A stretch of 64,000 bases of DNA, from contig NC_047074.1 of NCBI RefSeq assembly GCF_902459465.1, forward strand, positions 1,550,001-1,614,000, in the 5' to 3' direction. A program made the translations under genes and the position numbers. The DNA is from Asterias rubens. Lineage: Eukaryota. Below the pieces are notes generated by a model, which was not told the DNA's origin, did not search any database, and worked only from the letters and a program-made list of their open reading frames with translations. Shown piece by piece: positions 1 to 12,900 of this stretch (position 1 is the first letter of the stretch; every line of letters starts with the position of its first letter).

Positions 1-646
1 AGCTTTCCTATCTATTATTATATATAGCTCCATGGTTGGTGGTTACTTCTAGAAATAAGGCTCCCCTACAAACAAACTAGGGAGCCTTATTATTATAAAC
101 ATTTATAGTTTCTAGAAGTAGTTGGTGGTATGGCCATTACTTCTAGAAACTAAGTATGACCATCATCATCCAACTTACTTGTGGTCCGGCCTTTTATTTG
201 TAATGTAAGTTGTATTGTATATAGTATGGCACATCACATTATAATAAAGTTTTCAGAGATAAGTAGGAAAGAAAAAAAACATCGTCCTCAGTCCTGAGGA
301 TATTATTCACTCATCATGATAATAAAGACATCTTGAAAGTAGAATCTTCCAGGTATATTTCTTCTCAGTTCAAGATGACGACAGCATTTGGTATCCTGCC
401 ACTTTGTCTTTTGTTTACACAAATTTTTACCGAACAGAATATCTCATTTTGGTAGTAATGGATACTAATTTTTTCAAAACGAATGCAAAAGTGGTAGCAG
501 GATAGGGAAAGTTTTCCGTTTGTCATGAAATAAAATTTACTCAAATGAGATGTTCCTTTTTGTAAAAATTAGTGAACTAGTGGTCACAGGATACGAAAAG
601 TTGTTGTATTTATTTATTTATTTATTTGTTTGTTTGTTGTTTACAG

Positions 647-3600
647 GATAAGTATCCACCACCGCCACCGATAGAGCAAAGAGCCGAGATGGCTCGTTAT
701 GTTGTACACAGGGTAAGCTTGTCTGTCTGTTTGTTTGTTTGTTTATTTCCATTTGTGCAACAGCAATAGTGCAAATTAAGTACATCAGTTTATCTGTATT
801 TGGATTTTCGTTGTTCAGTCAGCGCTTTTTGATAATATAATAATAATTATAATAATAATAATAATACCAAAGTCTTATATAGCGCACGTATCTACCAAAC
901 AAGGTACTCAAGGCGCTGAGTATATACAAACTTTCAGAAAGATAGTTTATTGCAGTGATGAATTCTGAGACCCAATTATATAGCACCTTAAAAGGGCTTA
1001 CAAGGTGCTACGGCGCATTAAGCAGCCACAACCAGGAACACAGGGGCGAACCCCTTCTCTTTTCGATAAGTGCACTGGGTTCTTTTACATGCGTTACACA
1101 ACACATGGGACCAATGTCTTTACGTCCCATCCGAAGGACGAAGCAATGGTTAAGTGTCTTGCTCAGGACACAGTGTCACGGCTGGGGATTCGAACCCACA
1201 TGATGTCTATGTGACATGAAAATCATTTGTTAATAATAAATATCATTATTGTAACAGGCACATCCATCACAAACCTCGGCTTTTATGATGATTTTGAAAT
1301 GAGGAAATAAATGTGCTATTGTTTAATATTTATTATTTTCAGGCTGACTGGTGTACTCTGACGACCATCTCGAGCAATTCTGACCTCCTTGGTCTGGCGT
1401 TTTCTGAGCCGACGTCAGTGAGTGACGGCACCGTTGCAAACAGCACTGGAGTACCAGTGATGTACCACGCCATACAGAGCTACGTGATGCAGGACATTAT
1501 GAAAAACAGCAAGGTGGGTAGTTGAGACCCCTCTCTTATATTCATGCATGGCGTCACAATTCTAACCCAAAATGAGGCCATCGGCGCACGTCACGCCACT
1601 ACCAGTGCAGTGGCTGCGTCGATGGCCTCGTTTTGGGTTAGAATGGTGAAGTCAGGAATGAACATTAAAAGAGGCGTATAGACCGTTCCATTTTAGCCTG
1701 CACGCGCACGTGTTGTACGCTGCCGTTGGCTGCGCCGCCATTGCTCTGGATTGCAGCAGCCAATGTTTGACTGCGCACAGTGTAGATGCATTCACCACAT
1801 TACAGACTCCAGTTTATCTATCGTTCAAATCCAGAGTAGATTATATTGAACAGACAAGCGGTAGAAGGGCTGACTATGTATAATATAGTTGTCGTTTAGT
1901 TACTGAATCACAATTCACAGACGTTAACCAATGTTTGTATGAGAGAGATTGGTTGTTGCCAGCTTGGTGTTTATATCCCCTTGTGGGAGTTTGCCGAGTT
2001 CCCTTGATGGGAAGCAGTATCTAAACAAACAAACAAACAAATAAAATGTACTGTCTAGATGCAATCACTACAAATTATATTTCATTTCTTGTCACTATCT
2101 ATGGGCGTATAGACAAGGACTGTCAGAAAAGCAAACTTAATCTCTGTCTAGCCAAGAACCAAACAGAGAAAAGACAAGGAAGGAAGTTTCTAAATGAGGG
2201 AAACTCCCAAGAACTATTGCAGGGAAAATCCCTGAAGTCGGGTAGGGACTGAAAACCCAATCCACATAGTGCCCCCGGGTGGATTCGAACCGGGAATCCT
2301 AAAGGTGGAAGACGAAGAAAGATACCACTTCCTCAACCTTATTACAGACTGCTAAAGTTTATATATCGTTCAAATTCAGAGAAGATGATATTAATTGATC
2401 ACACAGTAGGAGGGTTAACATTGATATAATAAAGCATTTTTACTTTTTTTCTCTCTCTCCTGAAGACGAGCAGAGTATACTGTTTGAAACATCAAGAAAA
2501 AACTGGCTCTTTTCCTCAAAAGAGAATTATAACATGGTTATACCCATAAGTTTACTATTATTTATGAATAGTTTGTTCTTATTAATTTTGGTTATTAATA
2601 TCACAGGCATGTTACTCGGGTGGGATTCGAACCCACGACCCTTGCAATTCTAGAGCAGTGTCTTACCAACTAGACTACCGAGGTTGCCCGGTAGCTAGAG
2701 GCAGTTCGAATCCTATGTTTTGGCGGGGGTACCGCAACGATATAAGAGATGTTAAAGTTTGTTCTTAAAAATGAAACATTTGTTTATTGTTAATCTTGCT
2801 AGGTGACGCTGAGTTTCAGCGAAGCAGTGTTTGGTGCTGAACAATGCAACCCTGGCCCAGAATCTGATCCCGAGTTTCCACTGTGTGCTCGTGTTACCAT
2901 AATGGGTAAGCTTGAACCTACTAAGCAATCTTACAGGGGACCACCAGACTCGGGCAATTAAAATGTCTTTTAACTGGTATCCTGTTTGTAGTTGCCAACT
3001 TTTGTTTGTATTTAGCAAAATTGTGTGGTCTGACCATGCTCAAAATACTACTCCTTGGGGAGGGACAGGGCCATCTTTGAGTATTGTTTTGTATAAACAA
3101 GCCATTTGCATTATAGATTTGAATATTGTCTGGTACAAAGACATGCTTGATCACAAGTTGCCACTCAAATTTAAATTCACCAGACTATAGAGACAGTTGC
3201 TATGTCACATGATTCGGGGCAAGCTTTTGCATAGTTACATAAGAGACGGTGAACACCCATACACAATTCTGAATGGATGTGATGGCACAGTGGTACCCAG
3301 GGTCTGCTCATCTGGAGGTTGCTAACTCATTACTCCTCATTTTAGTGTTGACCTTTCGCCCTTATAACAAGTGAATGTGCTATTATTGTATGCTACTATT
3401 GGATGGTGCGAAATCAGTCCAGGGTTAAAGTCTGACATTATATGAATTCTGCTCTGTCTGGTGAATGCTTTAAAAAGGCCCAATACTTTACGGAGGCAAT
3501 GAAGGCGATTGCCTCCATGCCCCGTGGTCATTGCCTTGGTGCCCTTGAAATGCTCCAGTAGAAGCTTACTATTTCCTCATAGGGTGCCCTTTACCATTGG

Positions 3601-3990
3601 TGCCCTTGCCCTTTTAAAAACGAAGCATACAGGCCTGATGCTTGTCCTTTTAAATAGGGGACCGGTCTCCTTCCTATGTCTCTACACATACACACAAAGT
3701 ACTTGAAATACTCCAGTAGAAATTTAGAATTTCACCATAAAAACTTTACAAAATTTAATTTCTTATTTTTACCTTTTTTCTTTGAAGGCAATGCCGTCAT
3801 CCTAACCGACCCCAAAGAAATCGCAGCTGCCGAAAAAGCCCTCTTCTCACGCCACCCAGCAATGGCCTCTTGGTCTAAAGCGCACGAGTTCAAATTTTTG
3901 AAGCTCAACATAACCAATGTTTTGATCATCGATTTCTTCGGTGGATGGGTCACTGTACCGGTGGATGAGTACATGAAAGCAAAACCGTAA
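647..3990 (+). CDS. CREG1: CREG1-like protein (FMN-binding split-barrel fold), 5' partial; exons 647-712, 1343-1513, 2803-2905, 3788-3990
   Basis: Spliced frame reads DKYPPPPPIEQRAEMARYVVHR/ADWCTLTTISS...FSEPTSVSDG..STGVP/VTLSFSEA...DPEFPLCARVTIMG/...ALFSRHPAMASWSKAHEFKFLKLNITNVLIIDFFGG. All introns are GT-AG with compatible phases. The signal-peptide exon was not found in the window. Confidence 0.9.
833..1200 (-). mobile_element. SINE with tRNA-type B box, CORE/V-like centre and L2-like (TAT)n tail; related fragments at ~8262-8425, 10395-10500, 14975-15070, 27440-27620
   Basis: The minus strand reads gtgggttcgaatccc...gtgtcctgagcaagacacttaacc...gcgctatataag-(tat)n. Confidence 0.7.
2455..2498 (+). 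ncRNA. Degenerate hammerhead motif of a second family
   Basis: CTGAAGA-c-GAGCAG-agtata-CTGTTT-GAAA-CATC. Stem II pairs with wobbles; stem III carries a probable CpG-decay change. Confidence 0.4.
2600..2745 (-). mobile_element. tRNA-like Pol III-box repeat family; other copies at ~18805-18960 (-), 21195-21510 (-), 50845-50945 (+), 61860-61940 (+)
   Basis: A box tagtctagttggtaag and B box gggttcgaatccc are preceded by a conserved ~60-nt leader. The element is multi-copy and lacks a proper acceptor stem. Confidence 0.65.
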
Positions 3991-4241
3991 GGAGGGACCA
4001 GGATACCAGACTATGATTAACGCTTTTTTAAACTATCGTAGCTTTTTTCGAAACTTCTGCTTTTTTTAATTAATTAAGAGGCTTTGCCTCTGCTTAGGGT
4101 CTGGCTGCGGATTCCAATTGATATTAAACCGTGAGGAGAGAACAGGACACCAGGCTATGATTAACGCTTTTTTAAACTATCGTAGCTTTTTTCGAAACTT
4201 CTGCTTAGGGTCTGGCTCCGGACTCCAATTGATATTAAACC
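3982..4241. repeat. ~144-bp period tandem duplication spanning the CREG stop and 3' UTR
   Basis: ctatgattaacgcttttttaaactatcg occurs at 4011 and 4155. Confidence 0.85.
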
Positions 4242-5174
4242 TGTGCAAATTTGGTCTTTCAGTTGTGTGAGTCAGGAGAAAATAGTGAAAAACTATTCAT
4301 GTTTTTCAGCATTTGTAAACACACTAATTTTGGTTGTAACAACCGATATCAGCAGTAAGGAAACATTTCACAGAAAAAATTATTTTAGTATGAACTTCAT
4401 AATCATAAGCTTTCAGATTAAAATAATGTTTTTAATCCTAACCAATCCTGTATATTACTTTTAAAAACTGTTCAAATCTATGTGTTCTATTAATTTTAAG
4501 CCCATCAAATCATTACGAACGCTAGCTTTAGATTTAAATTTCTTTATTCTTCTAGAAACTGTTGTTATATTACTTTATTATGATAGGTTCTTGGCATCGC
4601 TTGAACTACGCGGAGGCTACAACCTTTTGTTGCCCTGCTCTTGCCCCCATGTGCTAACTTGACAATAGTCTTCTAGAATTTCCAAAGAAAGTGGACGATA
4701 AATTTTTTGATATATTTTTAAATTTCCTGTTAAAACAGGTATTATTTGATTTTTTAAAGAACAAAATATGTCAGTATTGGTGTAAATTATGGTGTTTGAT
4801 TAAATTGCACATGTACTATTTACATCATATAGATTTATACTTTTTGAAAGATTGAAGATAACAAGAAGCGCAGTTTAAAACGGTATTAAACAAGCAATTT
4901 TGAACTGGAAATATTTCTGTGGTTTTTTGTTGTCGCATAAAAAAGCCACACACTACCCTTATCGTGTGGTGAATCAAAAGTCCAAACAAATTTAAAGCAT
5001 ACCACATTTCTGCCTCAAGAAGAATACTCCCTATCTTACTGAAAAAAAGTCCACAGACACAGACTTGAAACTATAAGAAAGGAATAACTCACACTTTCAC
5101 AAATTATCTTCCTTAAATATCTCTTAATCCTGACAAAAGAACGCAGTTTACAGACATTACAAAAGGGTTTTTAC

Positions 5175-5455
5175 ACCGCCTTCAAGAAGTTTTTACTAAC
5201 AAGTTATTTAAAAATAGAAAATGGCCCTTACAGTGTAATGTTAAAAGGGGTTGTGTATATTGGTATTATTCTTTGAAAAATACTATCCCAAGTTTTGAAA
5301 TTTCACATAACACTAAGTTGTTAACACAGTCTTCGGAAGTTTTCACTAACTTATAGAAAATGGTCTTTTATAGTGAAATGTTAAGAGATTGTGTATAATA
5401 TTGGTATTATTCTTTGAAAACATACTATCAAAGTATTTGAAAGTTGTTAATTAAG
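5175..5455. repeat. Diverged ~140-150 bp tandem duplication
   Basis: tagaaaatgg...tattggtattattctttgaaaa..tactatc occurs twice. Confidence 0.65.
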
Positions 5456-5465
5456 AATCGCCCAC

Positions 5466-5745
5466 TTAAAGCCATTGGACACTTTCGGTAAACAGTATTG
5501 TCCAAGGCCCACACTTCGTGTATCACAACTTATATATGAAATAACAAACCTGTGAAAATTTAGGCTAAATTGGTCATCATTGGTCAAATAACAGGAAAAC
5601 CCACCCTTGCTTTCTCAAAAAGTATAAGCATTTCATGGAATAATGTTTCAAGAGAAGTCTTTCACCATTACCTTCTAAAAACCCTGTAAGTTATTTGTAA
5701 ATCTGTGATTTTTTTTTCTGTTCCGAAAGTGTCCAATGGCTTTAA
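5466..5745. mobile_element. TTAA-flanked MITE family B (Kolobok-type); also 13934-14282 (partial), 39108-39368 (partial), 51584-51953
   Basis: TTAA-AGCCATTGGACAC...GTGTCCAATGGCT-TTAA terminal inverted repeats. Confidence 0.8.
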
Positions 5746-5998
5746 GGAAACGCCATCTTTGCAAATACGACAAGACTAAAAGCCACGATCACAGACTTGG
5801 AACTATGTCTACTTGGTGATATACAAGGCATGCCAGGTCATTTACACTTTGTGTATTGCCGAGTGCATATTAACAGCTACACAGTTTGAAGTTCAATTCA
5901 ATTACAAAGAGCCCAGCTCTGATGCTATATTGACACAAAAATAGAAAACTTTCCACAAATGAAGTCGCTTAAAAAGAAAATGGTACTAGATGTGAGAT

Positions 5999-6267
5999 CA
6001 GGGCCCAATTTCATAGCGCTGCTTAGCGGCCAATTTTTTGCTTACTGTACGATTTCTATTTCATAGCACTGCTAACCGTAAGCACACGAAAAGGCATGCT
6101 AACCTTCCGGTGCTTACGTCACAATGCAAATCCACGGTAAACGCGCAATATGGCTGTCAAGTTTTTCTGCTAACCTGTGAAATACGCTAAGGCTTAAGCA
6201 AATTTTTCTGCTACAGTAAGCACGCAAATTTGCTTACCGTTAAGCAGCGCTATGAAATTGGGCCCAG
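5999..6267. mobile_element. Harbinger-type MITE family with CWG target duplication; also ~8545-8709, 17563-17790, 18415-18644, 28555-28860, 42774-42990, 50113-50377, 59575-59991
   Basis: CAG-GGCCCAATTTCATAG...CTATGAAATTGGGCC-CAG. Confidence 0.75.
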
Positions 6268-6954
6268 TGATGTTTAATCATTGGCTGAGAAATGTGCGTG
6301 GTGTGTACACGCATACTTTTGCTTGCACAGTTGTGGGGACTTGCTGTTGTTGTTCTATTGTTCCCTTTTCTGAAGAAGTACCCTGTTTAACAAAACAGTT
6401 TAAAAAAACGAAATTGTTGTGGGGTTCTTTATTCCATTGTGTAAAAGTTCCCACATTGTTTGGTCTTAGCAATGGAAGCCAATGCATAGTGTCTATGAGA
6501 ACAATATTTACTGAATCGCAGAAAAAAAGTCCACTGTTAAGCCGTATCTCACAGCGCAGAAATAGCGGTGAACCAGCCATAAATAAGACACGTAGCAAGG
6601 CGTTTTCAACTGCTTAAACATTTTGCTGCATATTTGTCCGCTTAGCGTATTTGTGTTCTTAAGCGGGTTTGTGATAGTGGCCAAAGGGTCCTCAGTTTGA
6701 GCAGAGACTCAGGGAAAGTTCATCAGCTTTCTTCACCCAAGTTTCTACTAGCAAGTTACGGTCTAAACGGTGCACCTCTTTACCTTTAAACAAAAAAAAG
6801 CACAGCGCTCTCATGAAAACATAATTTGTTTGTATACATATATAAAAAAGGAGTGCCATTCTTATCTCATGCTGAATCACAATTAGGTCCAGACTGCGCA
6901 AAGTGTGGAACACCTCAGAAATACCTCAATGGTGCGTTATTGCCAAAGAGTGCT

Positions 6955-9900
6955 TCAGCGTTCCTGTATGAAAATCGTTTCTTGCGGACTGAGTCCGGCC
7001 TCCTTCAGAGTTTTATCAAAGTCCAAATACGACAGTTTTCTCCGGGGGAAATTCGTCACCATTTCGAACCGCTCATTTGAAAATCCTTCTTTACCAACCA
7101 ATGTGACCAGCGTCTGCAATAAAAAGAGATGGAATTTTACAGAAAGAATAATATTTTGATCACATTATGATATTCATTTTGATAACCAGGGTGCTTTTTC
7201 TTAAGATGCCCTCTTCTAGTTTTGGACATCCCCTGCTTAAAAACTCCTCCCCGAGAGTAAGCTTTTCCAAAAAGACAGCTCATAAGAGGGTTCCATTTAC
7301 CAGAAGGGGAGTACCCTCTTTGAGGGACAACTGATACTTCTCTTCATTCGGGTGTTTTTATCATAGCGTAGTCTACCCTACTTGAGAAACCCCTCCCAAA
7401 TAGTTGAATTTCCTAATCAAGAGAGTAAGCTTTTACAAAAGACTAGCTCATAAGACGGTTCCATTTACCAGAAGGGGAGTATCTTCTTGGAGGGACAGCT
7501 GTTTCTTCTTTCCGTCTGGGAATCTGAGCATTAGCTTGGCCATGGAATGAACGTCTGGAAGGTAAGCATAACGAAAAACAGAATTAAGCCAAGACACAAA
7601 ACTCAGAGCCTTGCAACTTTGAAATTGACAAGTCAAAAAATCTAAATACATAGAACATAGAAAAATTGATGGGACATACCGATTTCTTCCCCATTCTTAA
7701 GGACCACTGGTGATGAATTTGTCTCTTTGGCAACCCCATCATTGGAGTCCGTCTCTGTGACAACTGTGTTCTTCCCTTGAGTCGCATCTTCCTCACTATG
7801 GGTCATCGATTTAGTTCTTACAGCTTCGTCGGCTGTGCTTGTCCCATTAACAGCTGACTGGCTCGTTCTTTCGTTCGACTTTGAGTCAGTTCTATGAGTG
7901 GTGTTGGAGGAGTTGGAATTCGCAACGAGCGGGTGGCTTTTTGGAAGGTTGGGTTTAACGGACTCGATGACGCAATCTGAATCACTGTCATGATTTGAGT
8001 TAATCTCGACGTCGACGATCTCATCATAATCATCCTCGTCATCGAGGTCATCGTCGTCCGACAGACTTATCGTCTCGTGAATCTTCTTGGAAGCGATTGT
8101 GGCGGGGGTGTCTTTGGAAGATGGGGCGCCGTCTTTGTGGGCGTCGCTAGTTGATTCGGCTAAGGAGGCGGCGATGGCCGCTTCAAGTTGAGAATCCTCA
8201 CTGGCATCTAAAATCGTTTTTGTCTAAGATAAAGAAGAAAAAAATTACCCTTAAAGGTGTCCTTAGGTAAGACACTTGATCATTATTGCTACTTCCTAAA
8301 GCCGTGTGTTGTGTAATACAATTAAAATAACCTAGTTACACTTATTGCTAAGAGAAGGGGTTTGGCCCATTGTTTCTGGCAGTGGCAGCTGAGTGAGCGG
8401 CAGCACCTTGTAAACCCTTTATAAGAATAACTTACCATTCTTGCCTTTTTGGCAGGTGGGGACGCTGGGACCTCTTTGTCGAAGCATGGATGATTGGATA
8501 AAAACTCCATAACTGAAACAAGAAAGAAGAAAACAAACATGCATCGGGGCCCAATTTGATAAAGCCTGTAAGCACAAAAACTTGCTAAGCACAGAAAGTA
8601 TTGCTCAACAGAACCAGATTACCAGACAAAATCACACTAAGTTTACATTGATGTGACTGGTGCCCCAAGCAGTATTTTCTGCTTTACAGCTTCATAAAAT
8701 TGGGCCCTGTTCAGACGATAAGTTTCAATGAAAGACTTTTCATAGGATTAATGCATCAGAATGAAGTAGACGTATGAAATTAGTAATGTGAATTTGTATA
8801 GACCCCCTTGCATTGGCCGTCATCGTTGATGAAACAGGCACGCGTGAGTCGTGCACAGAGCATTCAAGCGTGCACGCTTCCATTGTTTGTCATCAAAGAT
8901 GGCAGTCAATGACGTCATGTGCAATCTACTGTTGAACGAGAAAAAGACACCTTACCAAGATCACAAAATGACGTGCTGTCAAGCTTGCTCCACGAGACCA
9001 ACAGCTCACCTGTCGTTTGAGAAAAGAAAATATAAAACAAAATTAAACGAAAGAGTTCTCACTGGCATGATAGTTGTCTTTGGTTATAAGTCCCTTAGCA
9101 TATCGCGCCAACTGTCAGACAAGCCATATAGCAGTGTAGCTATTGTTGTCTCGAGAATGGGACTTGACAGGGTCGTTTCTTATTCCTGCACGTTGTTATC
9201 AAAAATTCTCCCTGGATGGGGAGATGTACAAAACCATTTGGAGTGTGGAAGCACTGCCCCCTCGGTAAAATATTTTCATTGTACTCAGTGCAGAAGACAT
9301 TGTAAGTGCATGCGTCTAGAATCTCCACCCAGTTATGATTAATTGATCGAAAGTTCAAATCTTACCAGTTCTTGGATCGAGCAATGCCACATGAGGGAAC
9401 TCCTCCACCTTGTAAAACTGCATGTATCTCCTCCCTTCATCGCTGTCATGATACACCTGATAAGCAACAACAGCAGAACCCAATTTGCTTAGCAAGAATT
9501 AGCAGGATACTAGTCAGAAAGGGTGCACGAGACAAGGTAATTTGGCTGGTAACCAAACTTAACTTTGAACGAAGAATAAATCGCCGTCATTCAAAATTTT
9601 AAATGCACAGAAAACCAAAAATTATTAGTTTCATTTGTTCCAACGAATATTCTTTCATTTAACCCGACAAACTTTCTCTAACCTGCCATAAAATAAAGGA
9701 TTCATTGATGATACTTTTGACTGTTGCGTCACTCCAAACGTCCCTGTTGAGTTTCTGACAGTTGAACTCCTGAACGTCCTGAACATTAACGATTAACCAG
9801 CGTCCTTGGTTTTGACCTGTCTCCATGGCCTGCTCACAAAACAAACCAAAATAGAAGTTAATATTATATATCTCTGGAAATGTTGTAGCCAATGAGGGTG

Positions 9901-12900
9901 GTGGTGGGTGGGCTTGCCCAAGACACAACATTTTTGCCCAGCACTCTGAGCAAAAAACATTGTGCTGCCCAGTAAAGATTTTCCTCAGTAAAGTATAAAT
10001 AAAAATTGTCCACTGGTCTCACGGCTAAATTTCCCAGCCGAATGAAAGCAGTTAGGCCAAGTAAAAAACAAAAAACATGTTTCACGTCCCCGCCCGCTTC
10101 CTTTTTTACAAGCCGCCTCCTTTATTTAATTTTTTTTTAATTTTTTTTTTATGCACATTATTATTATTTTTTTTAAATAGGGTTATTTTAAATGATCTCA
10201 GCAAAAACAATCTGAATGTCTTGTCTGAATGCCTCGACTAAATTTCAGCAGTAGAAAAAACAATGGATATTTGACATTTTAACAAAGAATGGCGGCCATC
10301 TTGAAATAAAAAATAAAAAATAAAAAGCCCCTCTTCCTCCTTTTTTTGAAAAACCCGGACGTGAAACATGTTTTTTTTTTTACTCGGCCTTACGGTAAAG
10401 TGTCTTGCTCGAGGACACAAGTGTGACAGCAAGGACTCCAACCCACACTCTGCTGATCAGAAACACCAGAACTTGAGTCTGGTGCTCCTAAGAACTCATG
10501 CCACATGCCACAAATAAACAAAATATTCACAGAAAGTTTAAGTTTGTTTTAACGGATACCCACACATGGCGAATCCGTGCTTTTTAAGATTTCCGTCAGC
10601 TTTTCAAGATTTCTTTTTAAACAAAAAATGTACTTACTGTGTTGAAGGTTCCTTTGTGCATCAGATCTACAGGAGGTCTGAAGAGGTCTTCAAGGGTGCG
10701 GACTTTGGCTGATTGGGGGACAAGGTTGCCGTGGTTACGAATCATCTCTTCTTGATGCCCTATATTTGAAGATGGTTCATAAGTTAAGGATAATAATAAC
10801 AATAAATATGACTTGTAGTGTGCACATTTCCACCCTGCTGGGTTTTCAAGGCGCAGTAAAACCCCAAAAAGAAAACGAAAGAAAACAGACGTGACTAAAT
10901 TAGTCCTTGAACACCTGTGAAATAAGATAAGTTTTGAGAAGAGATTTGGTACAAAGACAAGATCTAAGATTAAGTGGTAGAGAGTTCCGGATGCGTGGCG
11001 CAGCTGGACAAAGAAGAAGAGGAAGTTAAATAATCATTGTCTTTACAAGACAATGCAGTCTTAAAAGAACTGAGCTAGGTAAACTCTTCATCACAACTTA
11101 CTTGTCTCTGCTTGGAAGTCGCGGAATTTATCGAAGATAGAAACTTGACCGCCCCTTCGCCTCGGTCGTGGACCTAAGGATAAAGAAGAAGAGTTACTCA
11201 ACCTGTGTTCCTCGCTACAAATGAAAGCAAGACGGTTTTGTCAAAAATTTCAAAGGAATTGTGTTCCCACACAAAGGGACATGTAAAATGTACTTTGTAG
11301 AAACTGTACAATGGTGTTAGCATGTGGGTTGATATCTGAGGGAGTCATCAAAGGTTTAGGTGTATTTTTATGATTATTTATCCACCTGCAGTGGATCCAC
11401 TGAACCCCTATAAATAAGACCACTCTTCTCTTACCTCTTCAGTCTCCTGACGATGACTAGAGCAAGCTAGTCAAAACATTGAGACCAATTCAGAACTGAC
11501 TCCGCAACAGTACAGTTAATTCTGATCCTATAAGCTAAAGTAGTAGTCCAGTCTATTTGCTATACCATCCACCCTGGTAATAGTTAAAAAAGCAGGACAG
11601 TTCTTTTCAGAACTGAGAAGTCTCCCGAACCTCTGATTATCTACTCTGCGGCAGTAGAATAAAGCAAGACAGTTCTCTAAGAACAAACTCTACCTGGCAA
11701 GTAGATACACACATGGTGTAACTGCAAACCAAATATACATTGATACCTCACCATCCAAAGCCTCAAATCCTATACAGGTACAATACTTACCAAATGTTGG
11801 GACATCCTGTACGAGTATTTCCCGCTTTTGGGGAATTGGAGCTCGGACGCTGTCACTGTAAGCCAAACAATTTTTTTATGAAAATATTACACATTTTAGG
11901 TAATCAGTTGAAAACCCCCGAGACTGCTAGACTTATTTTAACTGGTCTGACCTTGTCCAAAGCGAAATTTCTGGCCTTGGCCCTGTGAGAGTCTAGTGTG
12001 AATTTCAAGCCCTGCAGCTGATTTTAAGAAATGCTTAGATTAATCATGAATCTTGAGTTAGGAAGAGTAACCCTTTCTAACTGAGGATGAGTTCTATCTT
12101 CGGATAGTTGGGGAGAGTTTAGTGAAATCGACAGCTGGATCAATACTCACTCTGGTGGAATTTCCGGAGCGGCACTTACACCCGACGGTCCTGCAGTGGA
12201 CGCCCCTGCGGTGGCAGCCCCGGCAGTGGACGCCCCCGAGCCGGCTGTAGCGCCCTCTAGCTGCATACCAATTGCCATCTCAAGGTTTCCATTGCACACT
12301 TCAAGCAAACGGAGTCCGACCTCTTCAGTTGCACCTACAAGTAGAAAAGGAACAAAGTAACATTATGAGTATCTCTAGAGTAGATACCCCCAAAATTTGC
12401 GGAATATTTTTTTCCAAATAGGACACCATCCACGCCAAAGGGCTAGAATTAGAGAGCCGAGTTGGTAGAGTGCAGCGGACGGCACAAAGCCAGAGGTCGC
12501 ATTTTCAAGTCCAACTCTAGTACTAGTACTAGTAGTAGTAGTAGTAAACTTTCTTTGCTTAAGTAACCAAGAAATATTTCTTGATTTGTTCCTTTGTATT
12601 GTGTTTTTCGTTGCATCACATCAGTCATCAACAGTCCATACAATACAATGCACAACAGACATGATAGATGGCGAGTGATGGGCGACAAAAAATTAAACCT
12701 TTTTTGTTATATGCGCTGGTTGAGGTACACTCGTAACTTATCACACATCAGCGATGATAAATGGGCGACACCCCGCGATCGACACACGATTGGCAACCCC
12801 TGACACGGACGGACAGAATGAAATTCATTTAAAATTTAAATTTATTATTATTAGCCTATATTAATTAATGTGGACATGTCTGAATGTTGTGAAATTACAT

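Noticed and set aside
2265-2340. tRNA-like segments here and at 2610-2690, 18820-18900 and 20140-20200
   Set aside because: They have B boxes but no complete cloverleaf and are multi-copy, so they are SINE-type repeats rather than tRNA genes.
8851-9342. 163-aa plus-strand ORF
   Set aside because: It is antisense to UBXN7 and crosses a MITE remnant and intron sequence; no recognisable motif.
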